From assembly GCA_030830725.1 (NCBI GenBank), contig JAURMN010000045.1:1-51373 (forward strand): DNA of 51,373 nucleotides, given 5' to 3'. This DNA is from Balneolales bacterium. GTDB taxonomy: Bacteria; Bacteroidota; Rhodothermia; Balneolales; Balneolaceae. Below the pieces are notes generated by a model. That model was not told where the DNA came from and ran no database searches. It saw only the letters and a program-made list of their open reading frames with translations. Below, piece by piece: positions 17,227 through 24,834 of this stretch (positions are counted from its first letter, which is position 1; each line of letters begins with the position of its first letter). Made by a program: the position numbers and the translations under genes.

Positions 17227-17259
17227 ATCCGGTGTATTGGGGTTGGGCGTCCACCGGAT
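17227..17259. promoter_or_regulatory. Perfect 8-bp inverted repeat in the sthA/sodA divergent promoter region
   Basis: ATCCGGTG-17 nt-CACCGGAT, 49 nt upstream of the sodA ATG. Confidence 0.4.
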
Positions 17260-17307
17260 CTGATTTGATGATGTACACAGGAGATATTAACAGAAACAGA
17301 TACGAAT

Positions 17308-17916
17308 ATGGCTTACTCGCTTCCTTCCCTTCCCTATGCATATGATGCATTAGAGCCTCATATAGATGCTAGAACTATGGAAATTCACCATACCAAGCAT
17401 CATCAGGCGTACACCACCAATTTAAATGTGGCATTAGAAGGCCATGAGATGATGGACAAACCAATTGAAGAGGTGTTGTCTGCACTATCCTCACTTCCAG
17501 AGGCTGTTCGTCAGGCAGTAATCAATAATGGTGGTGGATTTGCGAACCATAACTTGTTTTGGGCCGTTCTTTCCCCTAATGGCGGAGGCTCTCCTGCTGG
17601 TACCCTTGCGGAAGCGATCGATTCTACATTTGGGTCTTTTGATACATTCAAAGAGCAGTTTAATAAGGCTGCAGCCACTCGGTTTGGATCCGGATGGGCC
17701 TGGTTGGTTGTGGATGGAAACGGAAAATTATCCGTTATCTCAACTGCGAATCAAGATAGTCCCTACATGACAGGATTGACTCCTTTGCTGGGTCTGGATG
17801 TATGGGAGCATGCCTATTACCTCCATTATCAGAATCGCCGTCCAGATTACATTGGCGCTTTCTGGAATGTGGTGAATTGGGACCAAGTGCAGAAAAACTT
17901 CGACGCTACTAAATAA
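17308..17916 (+). CDS. sodA: Superoxide dismutase (Fe/Mn family, Mn-type-like signature)
   Basis: [53 protein letters not shown]. Confidence 0.9.
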   Translation: MAYSLPSLPYAYDALEPHIDARTMEIHHTKHHQAYTTNLNVALEGHEMMDKPIEEVLSALSSLPEAVRQAVINNGGGFANHNLFWAVLSPNGGGSPAGTLAEAIDSTFGSFDTFKEQFNKAAATRFGSGWAWLVVDGNGKLSVISTANQDSPYMTGLTPLLGLDVWEHAYYLHYQNRRPDYIGAFWNVVNWDQVQKNFDATK

Positions 17917-18050
17917 GCGTCTTCTCTAAATCATGGTTTGTGAGGGTCAGGACTCTTTGTCTCTGAAATTGTCTAATTTCAATGACTAAAAAAGTAATGG
18001 TGATTCGCAATTACTTTGAGACCCAAAGAATTGGATCGGACGCTAAATTT

Positions 18051-19016
18051 TTAAGGAGTCTTGACCGTAAACCAAACGTCATATTCCCCTAGTGCGCGGC
18101 GAAGTACCTGTCCTTGACTCTGCGATGAGCGTCTTCGACTTCCGTCATAGTACCCTCCATACCCTCCATATCCTCCGTATCCTCCATATCCTCCGTATCC
18201 TCCATATCCTCCGTATCCTCCGTAACCGCCCATAGCCCCTTGCCGGCGGGTTAAATCTTCTGATGCATCTTCTCTGAAGACAAAATTTGGGGGTTCAATT
18301 GCAAAACCGATCAGAATTTTTCCAGGTTGAAGTTGGAAGGGAATGGTGAGATCTAATGGAATTTTCCATTCAAAACTTACATATCGACTGCTTGTATCGA
18401 CGGCGACCTGAGTACCCTCGGATGTGATCCTTCCCAAATCATACGTACCAAACTGCGCTTTCTGTTTTCCGTCAGATTTTTCTGATACCATCGCCAATTC
18501 ATAAATCTCACGTTCTAGTTCTTTGAGAAGGTCCTGATTCTCTGGATTCTGAATCCAGTCAGGGCTACTTAGAAATTCTTCATAAAAATTGGGATCATCA
18601 CGAAGGAGATTAAAAGCTCCAGCAGGATAGGTGACTCCTCTCGCGCGCTTATTTTCTTCATCGTTACTCAAATAGATTGTAAAGCCACTACGGCTGAGAG
18701 CAGCCTTATAAAAATCAGCTTTGATATCGATAAAAAGGTATAGATGCTGTTGATCCACAGCCGCGTGAAAATTCATCAACTCATCTCGCTGAAGGGTGGT
18801 TTTTTCTAAGTTCCAGTCATTGGAGAGTCCGTCGATCGAATAACCTGGAGCACCATTTACCAGATTTTCTTGATGGAGCAAGAGGGGTTTTTTTGAAGAA
18901 CAGCCTGTGATGAAAAAAAAAGTAATCCAGAAGAAGAGGCTTGATATGAACAACAGACTCGACTGCGCTTTGATTAAGCCAGAGTGATAGAATGGGGAGA
19001 GAGGTTGGAAACGCAT
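18051..19016 (-). CDS. Hypothetical lipoprotein with C-terminal (GGY)9 low-complexity tract
   Basis: Lipobox FFFITGC after a hydrophobic segment. ATG 19016 is preferred over the listed GTG 19076. No recognisable catalytic motif. Confidence 0.6.
   Translation of the reverse strand: MRFQPLSPFYHSGLIKAQSSLLFISSLFFWITFFFITGCSSKKPLLLHQENLVNGAPGYSIDGLSNDWNLEKTTLQRDELMNFHAAVDQQHLYLFIDIKADFYKAALSRSGFTIYLSNDEENKRARGVTYPAGAFNLLRDDPNFYEEFLSSPDWIQNPENQDLLKELEREIYELAMVSEKSDGKQKAQFGTYDLGRITSEGTQVAVDTSSRYVSFEWKIPLDLTIPFQLQPGKILIGFAIEPPNFVFREDASEDLTRRQGAMGGYGGYGGYGGYGGYGGYGGYGGYGGYYDGSRRRSSQSQGQVLRRALGEYDVWFTVKTP
18150..18230 (-). repeat. In-frame 9-nt tandem repeat x9 encoding (Gly-Gly-Tyr)9
   Basis: Plus strand reads (rTA yCC yCC)x9, with an 18-nt sub-period ATATCCTCCGTATCCTCC. 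Confidence 0.9.
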
Positions 19017-19115
19017 AGGGGGAGTTTTTGTGTTAAGACTGGACTCAAAATCACGAAAAATGGTATCTTTTACCACTAAAAAATCATCACATTAATCCTC
19101 TAAGTTTAGACTAAC

Positions 19116-19562
19116 ATGCAATTTGGATTTGGTATCGGTCCCGACACAACCTGGATGAGAAAAGAGCTCACAGATCTTGGAATCCAAGAATTGACGACTC
19201 CTGAAGAGGTAGATCAGGCCATTCAGGAAAACCAGATAGGAACCATGTTGATGGTAATTAACTCGGTTTGTGGATGCGCAGCCGGGAATGCTCGACCTGG
19301 TGTGGCCATTGCCCTTGAAGCCTCAACTGTGAAACCTGATAAGTTAGTTACCGTTTTTGCCGGACAAGATAAAGAAGCAACAGTTCGAGCTCGCGAATAT
19401 TTTCAGGATTACCCCCCTTCATCACCATCCTTTGCCTACTTTGTGGATGGAGAAGTCAAGGCGATGATTCCTCGCCATCGTATTGAAGGACGTACCCGAG
19501 AAGAAGTGGCTGCTGATTTGAAAATGGTCTTTGAGGGACTTCACAGTACCAAAAATTCTTAA
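19116..19562 (+). CDS. Bacilliredoxin (YphP/YqiW, DUF1094 family)
   Basis: VINSVCGCAAGNARP (CGC active site), VTVFAGQDKEAT, PSSPS, IPRHRIEG. Near-colinear with my recollection of Bacillus subtilis BrxA. Confidence 0.85.
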   Translation: MQFGFGIGPDTTWMRKELTDLGIQELTTPEEVDQAIQENQIGTMLMVINSVCGCAAGNARPGVAIALEASTVKPDKLVTVFAGQDKEATVRAREYFQDYPPSSPSFAYFVDGEVKAMIPRHRIEGRTREEVAADLKMVFEGLHSTKNS

Positions 19563-19651
19563 GTTGTCCTGTTTGATTTACGACTTTGAAGGGTCTCAGT
19601 TCAAACTATTCAGACGGATAGGGCAATTTTCACGATTCGGTTACCGGTCTT

Positions 19652-21253
19652 TTATACGTCTGCTTGTAACTGCTCTTTGGATGAGGCGAGTAATCGCTGA
19701 ATTTCGCTCAAAGATTTCCCCTTTGTTTCGGGTAAAAGTTGCCATAAAATAATTAGGCCAATCAGAGTGAAAATAGCGTATAAGCCATAGGTTTCGGCAT
19801 TTCCGAAGGTGGAAATTTGTACAGGGAACAGGAATTGAACCAGCCAACTAGTGAAGGAGTTGGTAAATCCAATGATGGAGATCGCTACACCCCTGAGTGT
19901 GTTTGGGAATAACTCGGATATCATAACCCACATCACCGGGCCCAATGAAAAGGCAAATGATGCAACAAATCCAAGTATACCAATCAGTACAAAGGCAAGT
20001 TCAATCTGAATCGCTGCTGAGAATAATGCTGCCTCAAACTCCAAACGCTCCTTCTTTGTCAGTAGTGAATCTAGAGCCTCTCTAAAAGCTTTATCTGATG
20101 TAAACTCAATATTGTAGATGGAACCCAATGCTGACGGATCTTCAAATCCAATCTCTTGAACTACATGAGCATCTACCTGATAAGTAGCTCGTTGAAATCC
20201 GGTAGAAATCAACAGTAAACTACATAAGATTCCGATTAGACCAGCCATAAGCAGAGGTTTGCGGCCAACTCTGTCTATAAGGTTAATGGCAACAAATGTA
20301 AAAATGAGATTAATGAAGCCAATGATGACAGCCTGCCCCAGGGAGGCATCTTGCGAGAGGCCGGTTTTTTCAAAAATTAGAGGCGCATAAAAAAAGATGA
20401 CATTGATTCCTGTAATTTGTTGCACGATGCCCAAAATAAGTGCAATGAAAAACGTGACTCGGTAGTGCGCAGAGAATAGTTTTTTAACTTTTAGTCGGAA
20501 GTTTGACGTCTCCGAATTTTCAAACTTTCCTTCGAAGTCGGCAAGAATAGAAGCGTCAAGTATAGGTTCAGGATTAGATTTTGACGTAAATAGATAGGTA
20601 AGTGCCCGCAGTGATTTCTTTTTCTTCCCTCTCAGTTGATACCATCTAGGGCTTTCTGGAATAAAAAATAAAAGAAAGAAAAAGCAGATAGCCGGAAACA
20701 GTTCAATTCCCAGCATCACCCGCCAAAATTCATCTATGGTAAACCACTTCTTATTGCTCAAGATCAGAATCATGTAATTGCTGAAATAGGCTGCTGAAAA
20801 CCCGAGTACGATATTGAGTTGTTGGTAGGAGACCAACCTTCCTCTATGGGAGGATGGTGCAATTTCTGTGATGTAAAGCGGTGCAATGACCAGAGCCGAA
20901 CCAAATGCAATACCGCCCATCATTCTAGCCCCGACTAAAAGCAAATAGGTAGGGGCTATGGCAGATAAAAAGGCCGAAAGCGAGTAGAAGAGTGCGATGA
21001 TCATCATCACCCTTTTTCTACCAAAAAGATCGCTTATTCTTCCCACAAAAAGCATGGAAAACATCGCTGAAAGAGAGGGTGAGCTTACCAGCCAGCCTAC
21101 TTCGAATTCAGATAATCCAAACTGTGGTTTTATAAAACTTAAGACTCCAGATATGACAGAGGCGTCAAAACCAAATAAAAATCCCCCAATGGCTATGATT
21201 AGAGTGCATAGAAGGATCCTTCGGGGTAATGGAACTTCAAACTGTGTAACCAT
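19652..21253 (-). CDS. MFS sugar porter family transporter
   Basis: 533 aa. GRKRVMMI, PESPRWY and PETKGKSLSEI signatures. Extra ~70-aa insertion before the last TM bundle. Confidence 0.85.
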   Translation of the reverse strand: MVTQFEVPLPRRILLCTLIIAIGGFLFGFDASVISGVLSFIKPQFGLSEFEVGWLVSSPSLSAMFSMLFVGRISDLFGRKRVMMIIALFYSLSAFLSAIAPTYLLLVGARMMGGIAFGSALVIAPLYITEIAPSSHRGRLVSYQQLNIVLGFSAAYFSNYMILILSNKKWFTIDEFWRVMLGIELFPAICFFFLLFFIPESPRWYQLRGKKKKSLRALTYLFTSKSNPEPILDASILADFEGKFENSETSNFRLKVKKLFSAHYRVTFFIALILGIVQQITGINVIFFYAPLIFEKTGLSQDASLGQAVIIGFINLIFTFVAINLIDRVGRKPLLMAGLIGILCSLLLISTGFQRATYQVDAHVVQEIGFEDPSALGSIYNIEFTSDKAFREALDSLLTKKERLEFEAALFSAAIQIELAFVLIGILGFVASFAFSLGPVMWVMISELFPNTLRGVAISIIGFTNSFTSWLVQFLFPVQISTFGNAETYGLYAIFTLIGLIILWQLLPETKGKSLSEIQRLLASSKEQLQADV

Positions 21254-21309
21254 AGTGTTATGTTACACTTTTCAGAGATCATGAAAAAGTTGGGAGGGAA
21301 GGGGATTTT

Positions 21310-21336
21310 TTGCAAATTAGGCCCATTAATTTTCAA
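21310..21336. promoter_or_regulatory. Imperfect palindrome between the divergent MFS and GH16 genes (candidate LacI-type operator)
   Basis: TTGCAAATTA-N7-TAATTTTCAA: 9 of 10 arm positions are complementary. Confidence 0.4.
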
Positions 21337-21349
21337 ATTTTGCACATAA

Positions 21350-22204
21350 ATGAATATTCTTTTTTTTAAACGACACTCTATCCGTTTTACTTTAGCCCTC
21401 TTTGGAGGTTTGATCTTTGTTTCTTGTTCAAATACTCCTGTCACCGAACCCCCTGTTGATGAAGATGGCTACGTGCTCATATGGCAGGATGAGTTTGACT
21501 CCACACAGATCGATCGAAAAAAGTGGGATTTTCAATTTGGAACGGGTACAGAGTATGGATTATATGCCTGGGGAAATAATGAATTGCAGTTTTACACAAA
21601 CCGTTCTGAAAATATCTATCTGGAAAATGGATACTTGGTAATTGAAGCTCGTAAAGAAGACTTCCAAGGCCAGTCTTATACCTCGGCTAGAATCTTAACA
21701 AAGGGACTTGAAAGCTGGACATATGGAAAATTTGAGGCCTCAATCAAACTTCCTAAAACGAAGGGAATATGGCCTGCTTTCTGGATGTTGCCGGAAGAAA
21801 ACGCATATGGTGGTTGGCCTGCCAGTGGTGAAATTGACATTATGGAATTGTTAGGCCACATTCCTCAAACTGCATATGGAACGGTTCATTTCGGGAATAG
21901 TGTATCCGATAGAAATTATATAACGGGTGAGAATACTCTTCAAAGTGGAACCTTCGCCGATGATTTTCACCTATTTACGGTTGAATGGGAAGCCGACCAA
22001 ATCCGATGGAAAATTGATGGAGAACAATATCATGTTGTGTCGAAATCGCAAGTATCACCCTATAATTGGCCATTTGATCAACCCTTCTATCTTCTCCTTA
22101 ATGTTGCTGTAGGTGGAAATTGGCCTGGAAACCCAGATCAAACCACACTATTCCCACAGCGTATGGTCGTGGACTATGTGCGTGTCTATAAAAAGGCCGA
22201 ATAA
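21350..22204 (+). CDS. GH16 endo-beta-1,3-glucanase (laminarinase-like) lipoprotein
   Basis: Lipobox IFVSC. GH16 catalytic ExDxxE present as GEIDIMELLG. WPAFWMLP. Confidence 0.85.
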   Translation: MNILFFKRHSIRFTLALFGGLIFVSCSNTPVTEPPVDEDGYVLIWQDEFDSTQIDRKKWDFQFGTGTEYGLYAWGNNELQFYTNRSENIYLENGYLVIEARKEDFQGQSYTSARILTKGLESWTYGKFEASIKLPKTKGIWPAFWMLPEENAYGGWPASGEIDIMELLGHIPQTAYGTVHFGNSVSDRNYITGENTLQSGTFADDFHLFTVEWEADQIRWKIDGEQYHVVSKSQVSPYNWPFDQPFYLLLNVAVGGNWPGNPDQTTLFPQRMVVDYVRVYKKAE

Positions 22205-22248
22205 TACTATTAATACCTGCCTAACCTCTCATTAAACTTTCCTGCAAA

Positions 22249-23592
22249 ATGAATACAGAAGCGTCTGCCACAAGTTCACGTTCACTCACATTCTCACACT
22301 ACGTGGTACCTTTGACCGTCGTTACCACTCTATTTTTTATGTGGGGATTTATCACAGTTCTTGTTGATGCACTTGTACCCAGGTTACGAGACGTCTTAGA
22401 GCTAAGTTATTTTGAAGCTGCTCTTGTTCAATTCGCCTTTTTTACCGCTTATTTTGTTTTTTCTATTCCTAGTGGAGGATTGATTGCGAAGATTGGATAT
22501 AAGAAAGGAGTGGTGACCGGATTGATCACAATGGGGATTGGGTGTCTGCTTTTTTATCCTGCGGCATCATTTCGAGTATTTCCAATCTTTTTGCTCGCTA
22601 TGTTTGTGTTGGCCGCTGGGATCACCACACTTCAAGTTGCCGCAAATCCATATATCGCAGCATTGGGCCCAGCCTCAACTGCTGCCAGCCGATTAAATTT
22701 ATCTCAAGCATTTAACTCCCTTGGCACAACAATCGCTCCCTTAGTAAGTGCCGCTTTTATATTGAGTTCGACCGTGCTTTCAAGTGCTGAAGTAGAGGTA
22801 TTATCTGAGTCTGAACGGCAACTTTATTATCTGTCGGAAGCTTCGGCTGTTCAGGGACCTTTTGTGTGGTTGGCAGGGGCTTTATTCCTCTTAGCTGGCG
22901 TATTTGCACTTTTTAAACTACCAAAGATTTTGGAAGGAGACTCTGATAAAGGGGGGACGTATCGTGAAGCCCTTCGGCATAAACATCTGATCTTTGGAGC
23001 CCTTGCCATTTTCGTTTATGTGGGTGCAGAAGTATCCATTGGAAGTTACTTAGTCAATTATTTCTTATCGCTTGATATCCAGACACTGGTGCTAGAGAGC
23101 TCGATCATGGCTTCCATTGCCGGGTTTTTGTCGGGCTCTGATCTGAATTCCCTGAATCCTTCTCGCTTGGCTGGAACCTTTGTTTTCTTTTATTGGGGAG
23201 GTGCCATGGTGGGAAGGTTTATAGGATCAGGCTTGCAGTTACGTGTTTCACCACATAAACTGTTGGCATATTATGCCCTTGTCAATGTGGTATTGCTCTT
23301 TTTTACGATGATCACGACATCTTATACCGCTTTTTGGACTGTATTATGTATTGGGTTATTTAACTCCATCATGTTCCCAACGATCTTCACTCTTGCAATT
23401 GATGGTTTACGAAATCTTACGGCTCAGGGATCTGGAATTCTTTGTACAGCCATTGTGGGAGGTGCAATCATTCCTCCGATCTATGGATTCATGGCGGATT
23501 CATTTTCATTAAGTCTCGCATTTATTGTACCCCTACTTTGCTATCTATACATCGTCTGGTATGGTCGGGTTGGGTCTCAGCTTAAGTCATAA
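22249..23592 (+). CDS. gluP: Glucose/galactose (FucP/GluP-type, FHS family) MFS transporter
   Basis: 447 aa, ~12 TM. FFMWGFITVLVDALVP and FPTIFTLAI motifs are characteristic of the FHS family. Confidence 0.8.
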   Translation: MNTEASATSSRSLTFSHYVVPLTVVTTLFFMWGFITVLVDALVPRLRDVLELSYFEAALVQFAFFTAYFVFSIPSGGLIAKIGYKKGVVTGLITMGIGCLLFYPAASFRVFPIFLLAMFVLAAGITTLQVAANPYIAALGPASTAASRLNLSQAFNSLGTTIAPLVSAAFILSSTVLSSAEVEVLSESERQLYYLSEASAVQGPFVWLAGALFLLAGVFALFKLPKILEGDSDKGGTYREALRHKHLIFGALAIFVYVGAEVSIGSYLVNYFLSLDIQTLVLESSIMASIAGFLSGSDLNSLNPSRLAGTFVFFYWGGAMVGRFIGSGLQLRVSPHKLLAYYALVNVVLLFFTMITTSYTAFWTVLCIGLFNSIMFPTIFTLAIDGLRNLTAQGSGILCTAIVGGAIIPPIYGFMADSFSLSLAFIVPLLCYLYIVWYGRVGSQLKS

Positions 23593-23632
23593 GTAGACGC
23601 ATACTCTTTTTAGCATGCGATAGTGGCATATG

Positions 23633-23647
23633 TGCAAAAAATTTGCA
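23633..23647. promoter_or_regulatory. LacI-operator-like palindrome upstream of the LacI-family gene
   Basis: TGCAAA-AAA-TTTGCA. Resembles the TGnAAnCGnTTnCA class but has an A/T centre. Confidence 0.4.
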
Positions 23648-23659
23648 TAAATTCTCCAC

Positions 23660-23687
23660 GACTAAATACCAGTCTAGACATTTAGTC
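23660..23687. promoter_or_regulatory. Perfect 8-bp inverted repeat with an internal palindrome
   Basis: GACTAAAT-accaGTCTAGAC-ATTTAGTC, 65 nt upstream of the lacI-family ATG. Confidence 0.4.
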
Positions 23688-23751
23688 TAACAGGGTGAAA
23701 CCCGTATTTCATCATGATTCATAACTAAACCATGTGTAAGAAGTCATATTT

Positions 23752-24762
23752 ATGGGGATGAGAACCACTTTAAAAGACATAGCGAAAGAATCAGGTTACT
23801 CTATTTCTACTGTTTCCAGAGTCTTAAACGGGAATCAAAGTATTAGTAAAGAAGTCCAACGGATCATTTTGCAGTGCGCAGAAAAACTAGGCTATCCCTT
23901 TGATAAAGGTGCGATCCCTTACTATTCAAATGGTGTCAAACGCATATTAATCCTGACCGATTTTTATGACGGAGAATTTTATTCTTCATTTTTCTCAGGG
24001 TATGTGAAGGCTGCACACGAACTCAATGTGCAAATTCTATTAATAAGTGTACTGCATGAATTAAACAGTATCCACGAGGTTATTCTCTCTCAGAGAATGG
24101 GACATATGGATGGCATTGTTCTCTTCACGCCATCGCTTGAGCAAAAAGATTACATTGATTTACTCCAAAAATTGGATGAGGCGAACTGCAAGATACCCAT
24201 TATATCGAATGGTTTGATCCAGTCTCCGGTCTTGCAGACGGTTACGTTTGACGGGTATAGTGGAGGGTATCTTGCTGCAGAACACTTTGCCCAAAAAAGA
24301 ATAACGAATGTTGGCCTTATTCATGGTCCGAGAGGCAAGGCTGAATCGAGTTTCCGTTCTAATGGATTCAAAGATGGATGCCAACAATTTGGATTGAATC
24401 TCGTGTGGGAAGCGGATGGAGATTTTATGTTTGATAGTGCCTATCACTCATTTGAAAGCTATTTAGCTCTGGATATCAAGCCGGAGGGGATATTTGGAAG
24501 TAATGACCTTATGGCAATTGGTTTTTATGAGGTTGCTCGAAATCAGGGTCTTCGAATCCCGTATGATGTATCCATCATTGGATACGATGATTTGCCGATG
24601 TGCCAGCAAGTTAGACCTGAAATGACCTCGGTTCGGACTGATTTTTTTGAATTGGGTAAACAAACGATTCAATCTCTTCTTAATCGAATTATCAACGAAG
24701 ATCAAGAGAATAAAACGTTGAGTTTTGTTCCCGTACGACTCATGAAAAGAGGATCAAGTTAA
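23752..24762 (+). CDS. LacI family transcriptional regulator
   Basis: HTH TLKDIAKESGYSISTVSRVLNG plus a sugar-binding-fold C-terminus (IIGYDD). Confidence 0.85.
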   Translation: MGMRTTLKDIAKESGYSISTVSRVLNGNQSISKEVQRIILQCAEKLGYPFDKGAIPYYSNGVKRILILTDFYDGEFYSSFFSGYVKAAHELNVQILLISVLHELNSIHEVILSQRMGHMDGIVLFTPSLEQKDYIDLLQKLDEANCKIPIISNGLIQSPVLQTVTFDGYSGGYLAAEHFAQKRITNVGLIHGPRGKAESSFRSNGFKDGCQQFGLNLVWEADGDFMFDSAYHSFESYLALDIKPEGIFGSNDLMAIGFYEVARNQGLRIPYDVSIIGYDDLPMCQQVRPEMTSVRTDFFELGKQTIQSLLNRIINEDQENKTLSFVPVRLMKRGSS

Positions 24763-24795
24763 ACTCTTCATATTTGTGAGAATATTTATATATTT

Positions 24796-24823
24796 TTTGC
24801 ATTCTTTGCATAATCTATATTTG
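24796..24823 (+). promoter_or_regulatory. Putative Bacteroidetes-type promoter of the GH3 gene
   Basis: Two direct TTTGCAT copies (24796-24802 and 24805-24811) supply -33-like TTTG. TATATTTG (24816-24823) fits the -7 TAnnTTTG consensus 12 nt before the ATG. Confidence 0.35.
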
Positions 24824-24834
24824 GGTATTCCACT

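Noticed and set aside
18150-18230. Tandem repeat that might be a CRISPR array, or non-coding like a minisatellite
   Set aside because: The unit is 9 nt with no spacers. It lies in frame within a long ORF and encodes (GGY)9, so it is a coding repeat and not a CRISPR array.
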